NCBI GenBank assembly: GCA_038087875.1
Contig: CM075999.1
Span: 1,924,001-1,988,000 of the forward strand
Reading direction: 5' to 3'
Length of the DNA stretch: 64,000 bases
Source: Malacoraja senta
Lineage: Eukaryota
Shown here: one piece after another, positions 24,008 to 41,480 of the stretch
How positions within the stretch are numbered: the stretch's first letter is position 1
How the letters are laid out: every line of letters begins with the position of its first letter
Notes under the pieces: model-generated
What the model saw: the letters and a program-made list of their open reading frames with translations, nothing else
What the model was told of the DNA's origin: nothing
The model's database searches: none
Program-made: the position numbers and the translations under genes

Positions 24008-27000
24008 TTCTAATTATAGCTGGAATGGAAAAAGATATTTAGACATTTTTTTGTACATCCGTACATCAAATGGTCACAAGGCTTTATTTCAAATGCTACG
24101 TAAACAGTAGGGTTGGGCTGTTCAGTGGCGAGAAGTCTGTCCCTACACTCTGGAAACAGAGTTTAGCTGCAGCCTAGATGAGATGAAAAAGATCCTTCTG
24201 TTCAGAGCATTTTAAAGATCCCAAAGATAAATCTGGGCTATTCTCAATTGACTGTAGACCACAACACAAAAACTGTCACTATTCACCACTCAGAAACAGA
24301 GATGGCTAGTGTCGGAAATGGAAATGTCACGCTGGTTCAGTGGGGATGCTCTGCGCTTGATGATCAGTAACCGTAGTAAATCTGCAAAGAGTGGGCGTGA
24401 TGTTACCCAGGTGAAATAAGTTGATCTGATGGTGCTTGATGCCGGTACTTGGTACAGAGGAAAATCTTCTGGTACTGAATGATCTCAGCAAAGATTTATC
24501 TAGAACAGTAATTTTACCTTCTAGTATTTTAAGTTTGATAAGACACACCCTCTCCGTTCAGTTACCTTTCATCATTGACCTGCATACAATTATTCAAGCA
24601 AATTCACTAAATACCTAAACCATTGTAAAAGGAGAAAAAATAACATCTCTGGATCTTTTACTCGATGTATAATTCCAGATCAGATTGATATTCCTGAATG
24701 AATGAAAAAAAATCATTCAGGTGCAACTTATGTTTTGCACGGTGCACATATCAAAGAAGAATATGCATGTACCAAAGAAGAATATCTACTGACAATTAAT
24801 TCTCAATGGCAAAGAAGGAATATCTAGGGCCATTGAAAGGGCAAAGGAAAATCACTTTATGTAAGCAGTGCTTCTACACCTGTTAGCACGCAACAAAAGC
24901 TTCACATTGTACCTTGGTACATGTGACAATACACTAAATTTAAATTCAACTGTAGAATGAATCTCTCTTGAAATAGATTAGGCCAATGTGACAGTAAATG
25001 AAAATACTTTAGACATTCTGTAAAATTTAAATAAAGTATTTGATGTGTTTAATAGTCCGTTGCCTCAACCAAGATGAACCAACAGTCATGGCAGCAGCAA
25101 TCTCTCAATGCTTGTTGGGTATACTAATGTGCCATAAGGACCAAAGAATTACAGGTATTACAATTATATCCAATAAGGAGAGATTAAGCTCAGATTCTTC
25201 AAACCTGTTAGTCCAAGTCATCTGATATCACTAGAGAACTACACTGGAATAAACATTTTTTAATTTAGAAAAAGATTTACCGTAAACAGCCAATTTATTG
25301 TTAAAGGCTGTAGATTCTGGCTAACCCCTTAACCGAGAATCAATGAAAGTGATAGTTGATGTTCGCAAACATTAGCTTCCAAGAATCACAATCTTATACT
25401 TCAAATAACATTTTATAACATTGCCAATGCAATGCAAGATCAATGGTAGTAAAGATGAGAAATTGACTTTGACCAAACATAAGCAGTTTAGAGGCTGTTC
25501 TTCAGATTGGAGGGAAGTTTAAATTGCAAGTATTAAAATGATGGCTATTAGAAATATATATTAACATGCCAAACAGGAAGAAGATAGGTGCACAATTCTA
25601 AAGGTGGTAATTTGGATAAACCAAGTTTACTTCAGTAGGCGATAGATCGGTGAAACACATGGAAGACTACATTTAATTCAGGTGGTTTTGCGAACCACTA
25701 CCTCCCAATTTACACAATGAAAGGAAAGCAGCAGAGAAACTTGAAACTTCATACACACAAATCCCTGAAGTAAGCAAGCACGTCAAACTTGAGTATTGTA
25801 GCAGTTTTATTTTGATGAACAGGCAAAAACATTCTATACATGTACAACTTAATGCTTAATCTCCAGCTATTTCTGTAATAATACGTGGAGAATGTTCGGC
25901 ATTGGATAGTTCCACCTTACAAGAATGATAACAGGAATAGGACCGCTGTTGTGTGTATAGAAATGATATTAAGTATAAAAAAGATTAATGTTGAACAAAT
26001 CTGCCTATTTTGGTATTTACACAGAAAGAGGATAAAGAGAAAGAAAATTGGGGAGGAAGGTGACCAAAACACTGCAGAGGTTGGGAATTTGAAATAAAAT
26101 CCGAAAATGCTCGAATCCCTCAGTAAGTCAGGTGGTATTTGAGACCGTTTGAAAAACTTTTGCAAAGTGCATCCAAAGACGGTGAGTTCCAAGTACAATC
26201 TTGCTCGAGGCATTTACTCAACCAGCGATAAATGTGTGTAAAATTTCAAACACTTTAATACATTCAAAAGTGAATTACACAACTTGGAATTTACATGTTT
26301 GGTATGTTTCTCAATTATCTATTAATCAAGCAGAACTTGGTCCTCCACTTTGAACTCATGACAGTAAACTAACCTTCTGTACAGAGCAATTCATTCCAAT
26401 ACTCATATTGCAGTCATTTAACAAAAATGCTGGTCAGTTTCAAACGATATATTTCAACAAAACAATGGGCAATATTTCTGTATTATGTTTCACACTAAAA
26501 GAAATAGTGTAATGTAATCAATTATTTTTAGGCTTGTGCATAAATCAATTGATTCCACAAAACACAAACCCCAGCAACAAAAATTATAATCTAAATTGCA
26601 TTTTTTTTAAAATCAACTTTATAAGCTATTTTACTATCATCTCTTTCAAAACTTCTGGTCCCAAAGTCATTACAAAAATATTTCGCAGCCCACTTATGCC
26701 CAGTATAAAATCAGTTGATTTAACACCAACGCTTTGCAGCACAATCATAATCCAAATTTAAATCTAGAAGGTGCAGGGAATGCGGCGAGAAATACAATTC
26801 TAGCTCTTGTGTAGAATTTGTAGTACGCCTGGCTAAAAAGTCCCTCAAAGTAACCAAATTAACCATTATGCTATTTAATACACGTGTACTAAAATGTCCG
26901 ATATGCCCATGCGTCAACTGTGCACAACAATGAGGACAAGGCACATGTTGTATCAATGGTCGATCATTTTAAAAATATACTATTCATCTTCAATAAAACA

Positions 27001-27679
27001 TAAGAAACGGCTACAATGGTTCAATTTTCAGTGCACGCTTGTTTTCAAAATATATACATTGAATACATAGAAGGATTCAGCTGCCTATTCTTGAGCGGGG
27101 GCGGGAAAATGCGCCTTTAACTTTTGCATTTCACAAAGATATCCACTGATAGATACCGAGTGAAATGATAATGCAACGTTCCTGGATTTGCAACAAAATG
27201 AACAGCACTATTCGCATGCTGCATTTCCAAGAAAACCACGAGCCCTAAAAAGCGCGCCAGTTTTCTCGTCCATGGTGTGAGCTATAATTTCATTTGCAAG
27301 GGATATGCTGGTTAGGGGTGGGTTAAAAAAATCCCAACCCCCCCCGGGGGAGTTAAATACAAACCCTGGAGGGGAAAAACGAACAAAGCTAGGTACGCCA
27401 ACGCACGTTAAATTCATATTTGGATGCTCGTTGTAAAATCTAGCTTATAAAGGGTGCTCTGAATAAAGGGAGAGCGCCAGTCTCTCTCCCGCCAGTCGGC
27501 AGGCGTGTGGCCCGAGACTGCATAGTTTACTTATTTTATGCCTCTCCCTGCAGTGCAAAACGTCGGACTCACGCTTATGCGGTTGCAATTGTAGGTAAAT
27601 AAAAATTTGCAAACGGAATTTCTCCCATTAGAGGCGGTTTCTCCAGCCCCCCCAGGAGAGAGCAAGGGAAGGACAAAGT

Positions 27680-28120
27680 GAGGAGGCGCCGCGGCCTAGT
27701 GGAGCGCCAGCCCTACCCTGCCGCAGTGCTTGCAGGCAGCGCGGGAAAGGCTTAACGCTCTACAGATCGTCTCCAACCCGTTCCGGCCTCGGTAACTGGC
27801 CGTGCCGTGATCCGCCCGGCGTTCTTACCGTGTCCGCAAGCGGCGTTAGCAGGGCGCGGCGGCGGGCGGGCTCTGCCCGCGGTTGATGGAGTGGAGAGAG
27901 CTGGTAGTAAAATGGCCGCCGTGGCCGCCGCCGCTGCCTCATGGATCCCGTCAGCGCTGCCGGCGTGCGCGGGGTCTCCCGCCCGCCCCCCGCACGGGCC
28001 GCCGTCGCCACGGCAACGCCACCCGCACAGCCAATGTCGCCGCGCGCGCGCGCGCGCGCGGGATGGAGGGAGATGGTGTCGACGGACAACAATGGCGCCG
28101 GCGGTCAACGACGGAGGAGG
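27680..28120. promoter_or_regulatory. CpG-island promoter of hnrnpr with YY1-type motif and (CG)n run
   Basis: Very CpG-rich; AAAATGGCCGCC at 27909..27920; alternating CG run at about 28041..28060. Confidence 0.8.
27829..27925 (-). other. hnrnpr: hnrnpr non-coding exon 1 (5' end approximate)
   Basis: Strong donor ACG|GTAAGA at 27829/27828 inside the CpG island; begins near GCGGCCATTTT. Confidence 0.7.
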
Positions 28121-28169
28121 TGAGAGAGGGAAGGAAGGAAGGAAGGAAGGAAGGAAGCAATGGTTGCTG

Positions 28170-28310
28170 CAAACTACACTGTGCAAACTGTACGATGCAA
28201 ACGTCACTACGCAAACTACATTGTACAAACTACACTGCAAACTGCACGGTGCAAACCACACTACACGGTGCAAACCAAGCTGACGCGAACTACACTGTAC
28301 AAACTGCACC
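28170..28310. repeat. Imperfect tandem repeat (about CAAACTACACTGTG) upstream of hnrnpr
   Basis: Repeated CAAACT(A/G)CAC units following a (GGAA)n tract. Confidence 0.75.
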
Positions 28311-31300
28311 AGAGCGCAAGAAATCACCTCAGAACATGTTTATTCTGGAGATTATAGACGGTTGGCAGTACGCATCACATGAAGGATGGCAAGACATTAC
28401 CTCAGAAGCAATGGCTGGTGCAAACGAGACTGGTGGAGTCCGAAGAAGGGTCTCGACCCGAAACGTCACCTATTCCCTTTCTCCAGAGATGCTGTCTGAC
28501 CCGTTGAGTTACTCCAGCTTTTTGTGTCCATCTTCGTTGCAAACTACACCAGAGCACACGAAGGATGGCAAGAAATTAGCTCAGGAGATGTCTATTCGGG
28601 GTCGAGAAAGAATGGGTGACGTTTCTGGCTGAGACCCTTCTTCATCCTCTCCAGAGATGCTGCCTGTCCCGCTGAGTTACTCCAGCATTTTGTGTCTATC
28701 TTCGGTGCATCTGCAGTTCCTTCCTACACATGTCTATTCGGGGGATTGTAGATGGGTTGGCAGGTCCACCGTGTATTGCCCACTGTTCATTCAACGTAAT
28801 TCTCTGTTCATACAGTACCATTTCCAAAGATAAACACCAAAAACTGGAGTAACTCAGCGGGTCAGACAGCATCTCCAATTGTATAGAATGCAAAACATTT
28901 CATATCCCGCCATCAATAGTGTTTTAATGTCATATGCCCCTGACAGAACAAGGAAATTCTTACTAGGTAGACAAAAGTGCTGGAGCATCTATGGAGCGAA
29001 GGAAATGGGCAACGTTTCGGGCCGAAACCCTTCTTACTTGCAGCAGCATGCCAGAATATGTAATCCAATCATCTTATTCCTAACCACATACATTACTTCA
29101 GCACTACTTGCTGATGGAAATGTGAATAGGATTTGATGGATTGGTTTAGGTTTATTATTAGGGTTTGGGTAATGTATGGTTTATTATTGGCACGTTTTAG
29201 TTTTTTGGGGTACAAAAATAACTACATGTATCACTAAATTGCTCTATTGTAATCATATATTGTCTTTCTGCTATCTTTTCACTGTACCTCGGTACACATG
29301 ACAAAAATAAACAAAACTAATTATAGACAAATTGGCCTAGTGTGACAATAAACTAAACTGAACAATGTCCACAATTGGGTAGAGGTGAATCAGACAGTAC
29401 CCTAGGTTCTGGAAGGAACATTCAGAAGCCTGATAACAGAGGGGAAGAAGCTTTTCTTCAGTCTGGAGATGTGTGCTTTCAAGCGCAGTTTTTCTCAGTC
29501 CTGATTCCCCGCCATTCCATCTAGACTTCACACTGCCTTGTAAAATCACAATATTGTCTGACACAAGGATTCTTAAGCATTTCTCAAATTCTACACAATC
29601 CTAATGTTTTAGTTTTAGAGATACAGCAGGGAAACAACCCCAGAATCGTTGCTGATCATAGATCTCAAGTTCTGTTTTCCCACTTTCGCATCCACTCCCC
29701 ACACACTAATTAACCCACAAACCCACATGTCTTTGGGATGAGGAAGAAAATCAGAGCACCCAGAGGAAACCCCAGCGGTCACAGGGAGAACATGCAAACT
29801 CCACACAGACAGCACCCAAGGTCAGGGCCGAACATGTCTCTGGCACTGTGAAGCAGCAGCTCTATGTGATTGGGGGGGAAAATGATAATTCAAAGAAAAT
29901 ACTATTGTGACAATTACACATGTCCTGCTTGTTTTCACTCAGTTGTGCTGTAATTTATTTTTTAGTCTAGTTCTGTAATTGTGAATTATGGTTGAGTTTG
30001 TGATATCCTTCATGGTTGAGTACAAGTCTAAGTTCACATGAATTGACTGTCATGTGATTGGAGAGCTGCAGAAAACATGGAGCATTATTAAACTGCCTCT
30101 GGGAAAGTGATGGTAAAATGGCATTAAAATTATTCAGTGTGAATATGAAGACTGAAAACTTTGTTAATTGATTTTAAATGATTGCTCAAGATTTTAAAAC
30201 GTAACAAGTTGAGCTATCTGGCATACTGGGATCCAAGCAAATGGTATATATATATATATGTATGTGCAATTTTTCCCCAATATAATCACTAGCAGATGTT
30301 CCCAGATGAGGGACAATACTTTGATACTAGAACAATCACTGTATTCAATCGTCCAGACTGTTTCCCTCATGAGCTTTACTTCAGGCCTTTCTGATTTAAG
30401 CTGCCAATTTGTGTCTCGAGCTGTGCACAATAGGAATATCAAATGTATTATACTGAGCGGCTTTGCAGCTGTTGAGAAGTGTAATCATATCCTTTTGGGC
30501 AAAATAAAATTTTATGGATGAAAACAGACATCTGAAGGCCCAATGCTGAACCCATCAAAGATAAAAAAATAATAGCGTGCCTCTTAAAATATTTCTAGCA
30601 CAGCCATAAAATGTTGTTTGCTTTAGAAAGCCAAAGTTCATCTCCAACCAGCACATTACATTATTTAGTAAATCTGACAATCTAGCCATCAAACCTATTA
30701 TTTTTAATATATTTTTGAGTTGAACCTTACTGATATTCTCAAACAAAAAAACAGCTGTGATCTCATGAAATAAATTCCCTGGTGTTTTTTATCTCATGAG
30801 ATGTAGAGACAAATAAATCACACAATGATTTGCCTGCTTCCTTACAGGTAATGCAAAATATATTTGTAGAACCATTAAATAATTGAATAAAGTTCAATCT
30901 GTGTGTTTATGGTACTTGTGGATTGGGTTTTGCATGCAAAAGGTGTGAAACCATTGTTTCTATCAGTTTAGATTCGATATAGTCTTAATGAGAGGGTTCA
31001 TATAATTGCAATTTTGCAAGTTGAAGGACCACCTGTTGTTAAAAAAGCACTGGGGGAATACTAGACTGGTTGCAATTAAGTCCACTGGTGTACTGGTGGC
31101 AGTCTGGAGGTGTGGGCTTGCTGCGTGTAAGTATCACTGATAACTACTGGGGTCTTTAAAATGATCACAAACTGGATGATTTGGATGCGGAGACAAAGTG
31201 TAGGTTTACTTTGCATGTACCAAAGTACGGTGAAAACATTTGTTTCGTATGCTATCCAATCAATTATACCCTTCATAAATACCAAAGCAAGGGGAAATGC

Positions 31301-32740
31301 AGAATATTGTTTCTCAGCAATGTAGCTCACCAGTTTTAGAGACAATCCCTGGCTCATCGAAGAACGGTTCAGAAGTCTGATAACAGAGAGGAAGACGCTG
31401 TTCCACGTTTCAAGTGAAGGAATGACCGGGGTGGGACAAGTCATTGATTATGGTGGCTGGGTTTCCAAGGTATTGTGTAGACAGTTAATGATGGGGAGTC
31501 TGGTCTGTGTGACAGACTAGGCTACATCAACAACACTGCAATTTCTTGCAATCTTGTGCAGAGCTGATCCCAAACCATGCTGTGATGCAACCTGATAGTA
31601 TGCTTTCAATGGTGTATCTTTGGTAATTTGTAAGTCATAGAAGACGGGCCAAATATTTACACCAAGGAACTTGGAAGCTTTTTCACCATTGATTGATTTT
31701 GATTGGTACATGTACTCTACCAGGACAAAAAGGTGATGGATGAGGGCAGGACAGTGGATGTTTTCGAGTGACTTTAGTAAGACATTTAACTAGATCCTTC
31801 AGGGTAGCCTTATGCAGATGAACATGCATGGGATCTAGTGACATGGTAGCTGGATTCACAATGGCTTACCCACAGTAGACAGACAATGGTGATGAAAGGG
31901 TATTTATGGCTGGTGGTCTGTGATCAGTGGAGTTCTGCAAAGATCAGTGCTGGGAGTTTGGTTATGTTATGTGTGTGTATATATAAATACACACGCTACT
32001 AGGACAAAATTGTGGATGGGTTGGTTAAGTTCACAAGGATGCACAAATCCTACACATTGTGTAAGCTACACAGGAATTGAAAAAGCTGTCTAAATTTGTG
32101 CAGCAGGTCATTTACAGATTATGGACAGAAATGAAAAATGGGGTTTAATCCAGGCACATGTGAGATGTTGCTCTGAGGGAGATCGTAGGCAAGGGGAAAA
32201 TAGTTAACAGCATTGATGCAGAGGGATCAACACAAGTAGATAGAGGTGTATTGTGTGCCCACATTCAGAGCTCTAGTTAGGCTGCATCTGGTCACCCGAA
32301 TATAGGAACAAAGCTGTGCATTTGAAGTGGATATCAGTTTACCAGAATGCCACCTTAGAGGTTACTAGCTACAAGAGGCTCCTTAGACAGTCAGAACCTT
32401 TTCCCCAAGAGTGGAAATGTCAAATAACAGAGGTCATGTCTACAATGGTCAGAGGGGGGAAGTTTGAAGATTTGAGGCACAAATGTTTTTGTAGCAACCT
32501 GGAATGTACTGCCGGGGGTGTGGTGGAAAGAGACGATATTGGCATCTGAGGCTTTTAAACAAGCAGGTGAATGGTGCAGGCAGAATGCAGCAATGACAGA
32601 CTGGACTGAATGGCCCATTCCTCTGCTGCACTGTACTCCACATTTCCATTAACATGCTTTGATTGCAAGATGCTAAATGAATCAAGGACACAGCTTTTTT
32701 TAAATATTGCTTTTACTGCCAAAGTCTCTTAGTGAACATA

Positions 32741-36024
<3,284 letters not shown>

Positions 36025-36558
36025 TCAACTTGTCCCATTTGCCTGCGTTCGACCCATATCCCTCTAAACATTTCACATCCATATACCTGTCCAAATATCT
36101 TTTAAAATGTTACTCCTCTGCCAGTTTCTTCCATATACCCATCACTCTGTGTGTGAACCACTCTCCCCGATTCCTATTATAACTGGTGCTGGAAAAGCTT
36201 AGGTTTAACAGCATCTTTGGAAGACATGGATAGGCGACATTTTAGGTTGGTGTGTTTCTTCAGACATAACATTGCCTATCCATGGTATAGAGTCTAAAGA
36301 AGCACGTTGACCCCACATGCCATCTATGCATTCCCTTCCCTGACCCACCAAGTTACCCCAGCACTACATATCCTTACCTGCATTTTCACTAAACGTCTAG
36401 TCCACATGTCTTAAATGTTATCGTATCTCAACTACCTCCTCGGGCAACTCATTCCATACATTCACCACCGTTGCACCCCCCCCCCCCCCCCGCCCCCCCC
36501 CCCCCGCGCCCCCCCCCCCCCCCCGTGCCTATTCGATCTTTACTATCTCACTATAAAT

Positions 36559-36758
36559 NNNNNNNNNNNNNNNNNNNNNNNNNNNNNNNNNNNNNNNNNN
36601 NNNNNNNNNNNNNNNNNNNNNNNNNNNNNNNNNNNNNNNNNNNNNNNNNNNNNNNNNNNNNNNNNNNNNNNNNNNNNNNNNNNNNNNNNNNNNNNNNNNN
36701 NNNNNNNNNNNNNNNNNNNNNNNNNNNNNNNNNNNNNNNNNNNNNNNNNNNNNNNNNN
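36559..36758. other. Assembly gap (200 N)
   Basis: N run, preceded by a poly-C-rich, noisy-looking stretch. Confidence 1.
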
Positions 36759-36779
36759 AAAGTAAGATTGGACATTATG

Positions 36780-37200
36780 AGAGGGATGTACCTACTTCAT
36801 ATCTTTACTCACCCCTCGCCAGGTCCTAAAACCATTTATTATCAACATTTTGTTGCACCCTATGTTTGTAATAAGTCGATATATGGAGACCAAATCTTTT
36901 GGAATTGGTCTTGTTTACCTGCTAGGAGGAATCTCATATCTTCTAGGTGTAACAATTCCGACATATTAGAAGTCCACATTTTTATTGTTGGCGTAGGAGC
37001 ATTTTTCCAAAATTTCACCCTGACACTTTTTTTAACGCGCCTAAACTCTTCTACACTCGCGGATTAGGGTCGCCCAAGAGGGGACAGCCCTTTAAGTCCT
37101 CCCTCCGCCCACCTCCAGTTTAAATTCCATTGGAATATTTTGGAGGATCAAGAACCATTGCAATCCAAAATAACCCGAGGATTGAGATCAACCAGAAGAT
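36780..37200 (-). mobile_element. L1/Tx1-like ORF2 C-terminal remnant
   Basis: Minus-strand translation ...FWKNAPTPTIKMW...LHLEDM...FQKIWSPYI resembles fish L1 ORF2 ends. Confidence 0.55.
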
Positions 37201-37224
37201 TTGCTCAGACTTGCTGCACCTGCA

Positions 37225-38290
37225 CTCAGCTAGCCTTTGCTGCGGGGTTCCACAAGGCTCCATCCTAGGCCCCATGCTCTTCTCCCTGTAAATGCTCCCC
37301 TTAGGCCAAGATTCAAAGGCACGGCATTTCCTTCCACTGCTATGCAGACGACACACAGCTCTATCTCCCCTTCAAACCCAACAACCGATCAAATCTACTC
37401 AGCCTTATGCACTGCCTCGAGGATATAAAGTGTTGGATGGCCTAGAACTTCCTCCAACTAAACGAGAGCAAGTCTGAGGTCATCCTACTCGGTCCCTCGG
37501 ACTCCATCAAAATGAGAGCAGGCAGCCTTGGAAGCCTTACGCCCTTACTCAAACCTCACGTCAAAAACCTTGGTGTGATAATTGACTCCGCGTTGACGTT
37601 TGACAAACAAGGTCAATGCTGTGGTAAAAGCTAGCTTCTTGAAGAAGGGTTTCGGCCCGAAACGTTGCCTATTTCCTTCGCTCCATAGATGCTGCTGCAC
37701 CCGCTGAGTTTCTCCAGCATTTTTGTGTACCTTCAGCCAATCATCCCTGTCCTGCCTACAATTGGTCCAAAACGCCGCAGCGAGACGTCTGCCGGGCACC
37801 CGAAAAAGGGACCACATCACCCCAATTCTGGCCTCTCTCCACTGGCTCCCAGTGCGGTTCAGAATCAATTTCAAGCTCCTCTTTATGTATACAAAGCTCT
37901 TAATGGCTTGCCCCCACCTACATCAAAAATCTGCTTACCCACCATACTACCTCCAGGTCCCTCAGGTCGACCGACTTGGGGTTACTGAACATCCCGCGTT
38001 CTAGGCATAAGCTCAGGGGCGACCGCGCTTTTGCGGTTGCAGCACCTAGACTATGGAACAGCATCCCTCTTCCCATCAGAACTGCCCCCTCCATCAACTC
38101 TTTTAAGTGTAGACTTAAAACCTATTTCTACTCACAAGTGTTTCTTGACGTCCTCTGAGGGTGCGCTGTATGAATGTATTTATGTATGTATTGTTTGATC
38201 TATGTACCACTGTTTGTAACACATTAGTACCTGCACTGATGTAAAGCACTTTGGTCAACAAGAAATAAAATAACTTGACTTGACTTGCAC
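37225..38290 (+). mobile_element. L2-clade LINE fragments
   Basis: GVPQGSILGP, YADD, LQLVQNAAAR...HITPILASLHWLPV, GDRAFAVAAPRLWN; (CTTGA)n tail. Confidence 0.88.
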
Positions 38291-38763
38291 TAACTTGGAT
38301 TAATAAAAAAATGATTTTTTTTTTTGTATGTTGTTATATTACTGTGTTTGCACAACTGTTCTGCTGCTGCTACGAGAAAGAATTTCATTTTCTGTTTCTG
38401 TACATGTGACAATAAAACACTTGTCCTTTCTAACTTTCTGGCATTGGCTTATAACTTGCATCAAAGATCTAATGCGTAGGAAGGAACTGCAGATGCTGGT
38501 TTAGATAGACACAAAAAGCTGGAGCAACTCAGCGGGACAGGCAGCATCTCTGGAGAGAAGGAATGGGTGACGTTTCGGGTCGAGACCCCACTTCAGACCG
38601 AGAGTCAGGGGAGGGGGGGACACAGATGTAAGGATGTGTAAGGTGGGAAAACGAAACATCAGAGGGGATGCGGGTTCAAGGAAAATGTAGAATAGATCAT
38701 TGTTAGCGAGGAGAAGGTGACAACGAAGCATACAGAGATACAGTTTCATCTAGGGGACAGTAA

Positions 38764-39038
38764 AGCCCCTGTCCCACGATGCGAGTTTACCCAAGAGCTC
38801 TCCCGAGTTTTAAAAAAAATCAGACTCGTGGTACTTCATCACAAGTATTTTTTTTTACTCTTGGAAATTTTCACTGTTGAAAGAACTTCACGAGTTTCCG
38901 CGTTTCCCGAGTACCTGCCCTTAGCATTACGAGCCGCTACAAGACATCCATCCACGAGCGCTACGTACTTCCCACGAGCTTGATTTTTTAAAAACTCAGG
39001 AGAGCTCTTGGGTAAACCCGCATCGTGGGACAGGGCCT
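38764..39038. mobile_element. MITE with about 65-bp TIRs (Harbinger-like ends), nested in a Penelope-derived repeat
   Basis: AGCCCCTGTCCCACGATGCGAGTTTACCCAAGAGCTCTCC ... GGAGAGCTCTTGGGTAAACCCGCATCGTGGGACAGGGCCT. Confidence 0.85.
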
Positions 39039-40981
39039 TTTGGCTGAAAACTAGGAAAGGGGAGGGATGGAGAGAGAGGGAAAGCAAGGGGTTACTTGAA
39101 GTTAGAGAAGTCAAAATTCATAACACTGGGGTGTAAGCAAAATATGAGGTGCTGCTCCTCCAATTTGCGCTGGGCCTCATTCTGACAGTGGAAATGGCTA
39201 ATGTCACACTGCCTTGGCAGGCCAGCACCATAATCAAGGACCAGCCTCACCCGCTCTTCTCCGGCAAGAGGTATAGAAGTGTGAAAGTGCACACCTCCAG
39301 ATTCAGGGACAGTATCTTCTCAGCTGTTATCAGGCAACTGAATCATCCTATCACAACCAGAGAACAATCCAAAAGTACTATCTACCTCATTGGTGACTCT
39401 CGGACTATTTTTGATTGGACTTTGCTGGCTTTACCTTGCACTAAACATAATTCTCTTATCATGTATCTGTACACTGTAAATGGCTCGACTATAATCATGT
39501 ATTGTATTTCCGCTGACTGGATAGCATGCCACAAAAGCTTTTCACTGTACCTCGGTACACGTGACAATACACTGAACTGAACTGAATTAAACAGTGTGAT
39601 TCTTTGTTTACATACCCAAGGTATGCAAACAGGCACCACATAAAGGGCGGCAACATAGTCACACAGTATTCCAAAGTGTTCTGGGAACCCATCCCGACCA
39701 AGGCTCCTGACCTCGATGCGGCTTTTATGGAGGAAGTGTTTTGGTCAAGTTTCCAGCATCTGCAGTTCCCTGTGTCCCTCACAGATGCTGCCCGACCTGC
39801 TGAGTTCCTGACCTCCATAGAGCCATAGAGGGATACAGAGTGGAAACAGCCCTTCAGCCCAACTTGCTCACACCGGCGAACATGTCCCATCTACACTAGT
39901 CCCACTTGCCTGCGGTTGGTCCATATCCCTCCAAACCTGTCCTATCCATGTACCTGTCTAACTGTTTCTTAGGGGTTGGGATAGTCCCAGCCTCAACTAC
40001 CTCCTCTGGCAGCTTGTTTCATACACCCTCCACCCTTTGTGTGAAAAAGTTACCCCTCAGATTCCTATTCAATCTTTCCCCTTTTCACCTTGAACCTATG
40101 TCCTCTGGTCCTCGATTCTCCTAGACTCTGTGCATCTACCCGATCTATTCCTCTCATGATTTGTACACCTCTGTAAGATCACCCCTTGTCCTCCTGCGCT
40201 CCAAGGAATAGAGACCCAGCCTGCTCAACCTCCCCCTGTAGCTCACACTGCAACATCCTCGTCCAGCGGTTTGATTTTTGCTCTGGACTTCAAGGACAGC
40301 TCAGTTGAAGGCAAGTCACTGTTGATACTGGAATCAATGTGACAGTGGCTGATCTGCTGCTGACTTCATCTCCTCTTCCACATCAGTTCCCTATTCCCCA
40401 CAATTCTCTCACCTCCCCAAAACGTACGCATTCCCTTTAGCAGAGAGGACAATAACTTCTTCCGTGCATTTTAGCAAATCGTTCGAAGGCAAAACTGAGG
40501 TACACAGCGCAACTGAAACAAAGACCACAGCAGAACATAGTTTCTGGGTTGGTTAGTATTGTTCTAAATTCAAAAGCCTCATGCTTTCTGGAATTAATCG
40601 GTTCCTGAACCTGGTGGTCACAGTCTCAGGCTCGCGTACCTTCTTCCTGATGGTAGCAGCGAGACGAGAGCGCGGCCAGGGTGGTGTAGGTCTTTGAAGA
40701 TATTGGCGCCTTTTGAGTAGGCGCCTCTTGCGTATCCCTTCAACGGTGGGGAGGTCAGTCCCCTTGATGGACCGACAATATCTGCCACTTTCTACAGCTT
40801 CCTTCACGTTCAAGTTGCCAAACCAGGCCGTAATGCAACCAGTCAGTGTGTTCTCTACTGTACACCTGTTGAGGTTCAACAGTGCGTTCAGCAACCTAGT
40901 GAATCTCCTCCATTTCTAAGGAAGTAGAGGCATTGTTGAGCTTTCTTTGTCAATGGATCAATGTTTATGGGTTCAGGACGG

Positions 40982-41480
40982 TGTCAAAGATAAATTGCAA
41001 AGCCGCAAGGATAGGATAGAGTGCCTAAAATGCTTAAAGTCCTTTTCATGTGTTATAATAATTCTGCGCTTTAAAGAAGGTTGAAATTGAGCCTGCGTTA
41101 ACTGCCACTCACTGCAGGCTACTTTAGTCAGATTCTGTCTCTGTTGCCAAAGGACAAATGGCAATCGTGAAGCAATAAAATAAGCCGGCAGGGTACCAGG
41201 ACACTTGCTTATCTGTAATGGGGTGACATTTGGTTGTGTTTTCCGGAGGTGAATTGTCTGTGAGTGTTGTAAAACCATTTGGGAAGGAGGAAAATTCCTA
41301 AAGTGCTTGCTACAGTAAACTTCACATCAAAGTGAAATTCTGTATATCAGGTGCAGATGAATCTTTGTTCGTTGAGCAGTCCCCTAGGTTGCTCCCAGTG
41401 TTCACTGCATTTGGCGTTCTTGAATAAAGTTTGATCGTCTTACCCGATCCTTGTGTTGCGTTTTAAAGTTTTATTTAACA
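40982..41480 (+). mobile_element. Solo LTR (about 500 bp) inserted in a Rex1-type LINE fragment
   Basis: TGTCAAA...TTTAACA termini, AATAAA near 41424, 4-bp flanks ACGG/ACGC; LINE sequence on both sides. Confidence 0.65.

Noticed and set aside
24352..24436. C/D snoRNA-like layout (TTGATGA...CTGC...GTGATGT...CTGA) on the plus strand
   Set aside because: Antisense to the host intron and no recognisable guide; plausible by chance.
27752..28632. Overlapping 110-249 aa ORFs
   Set aside because: CpG island plus simple repeats and TE; no recognisable protein.
36415..37067. ORFs spanning the N run
   Set aside because: Artefacts of the gap and the poly-C tract.
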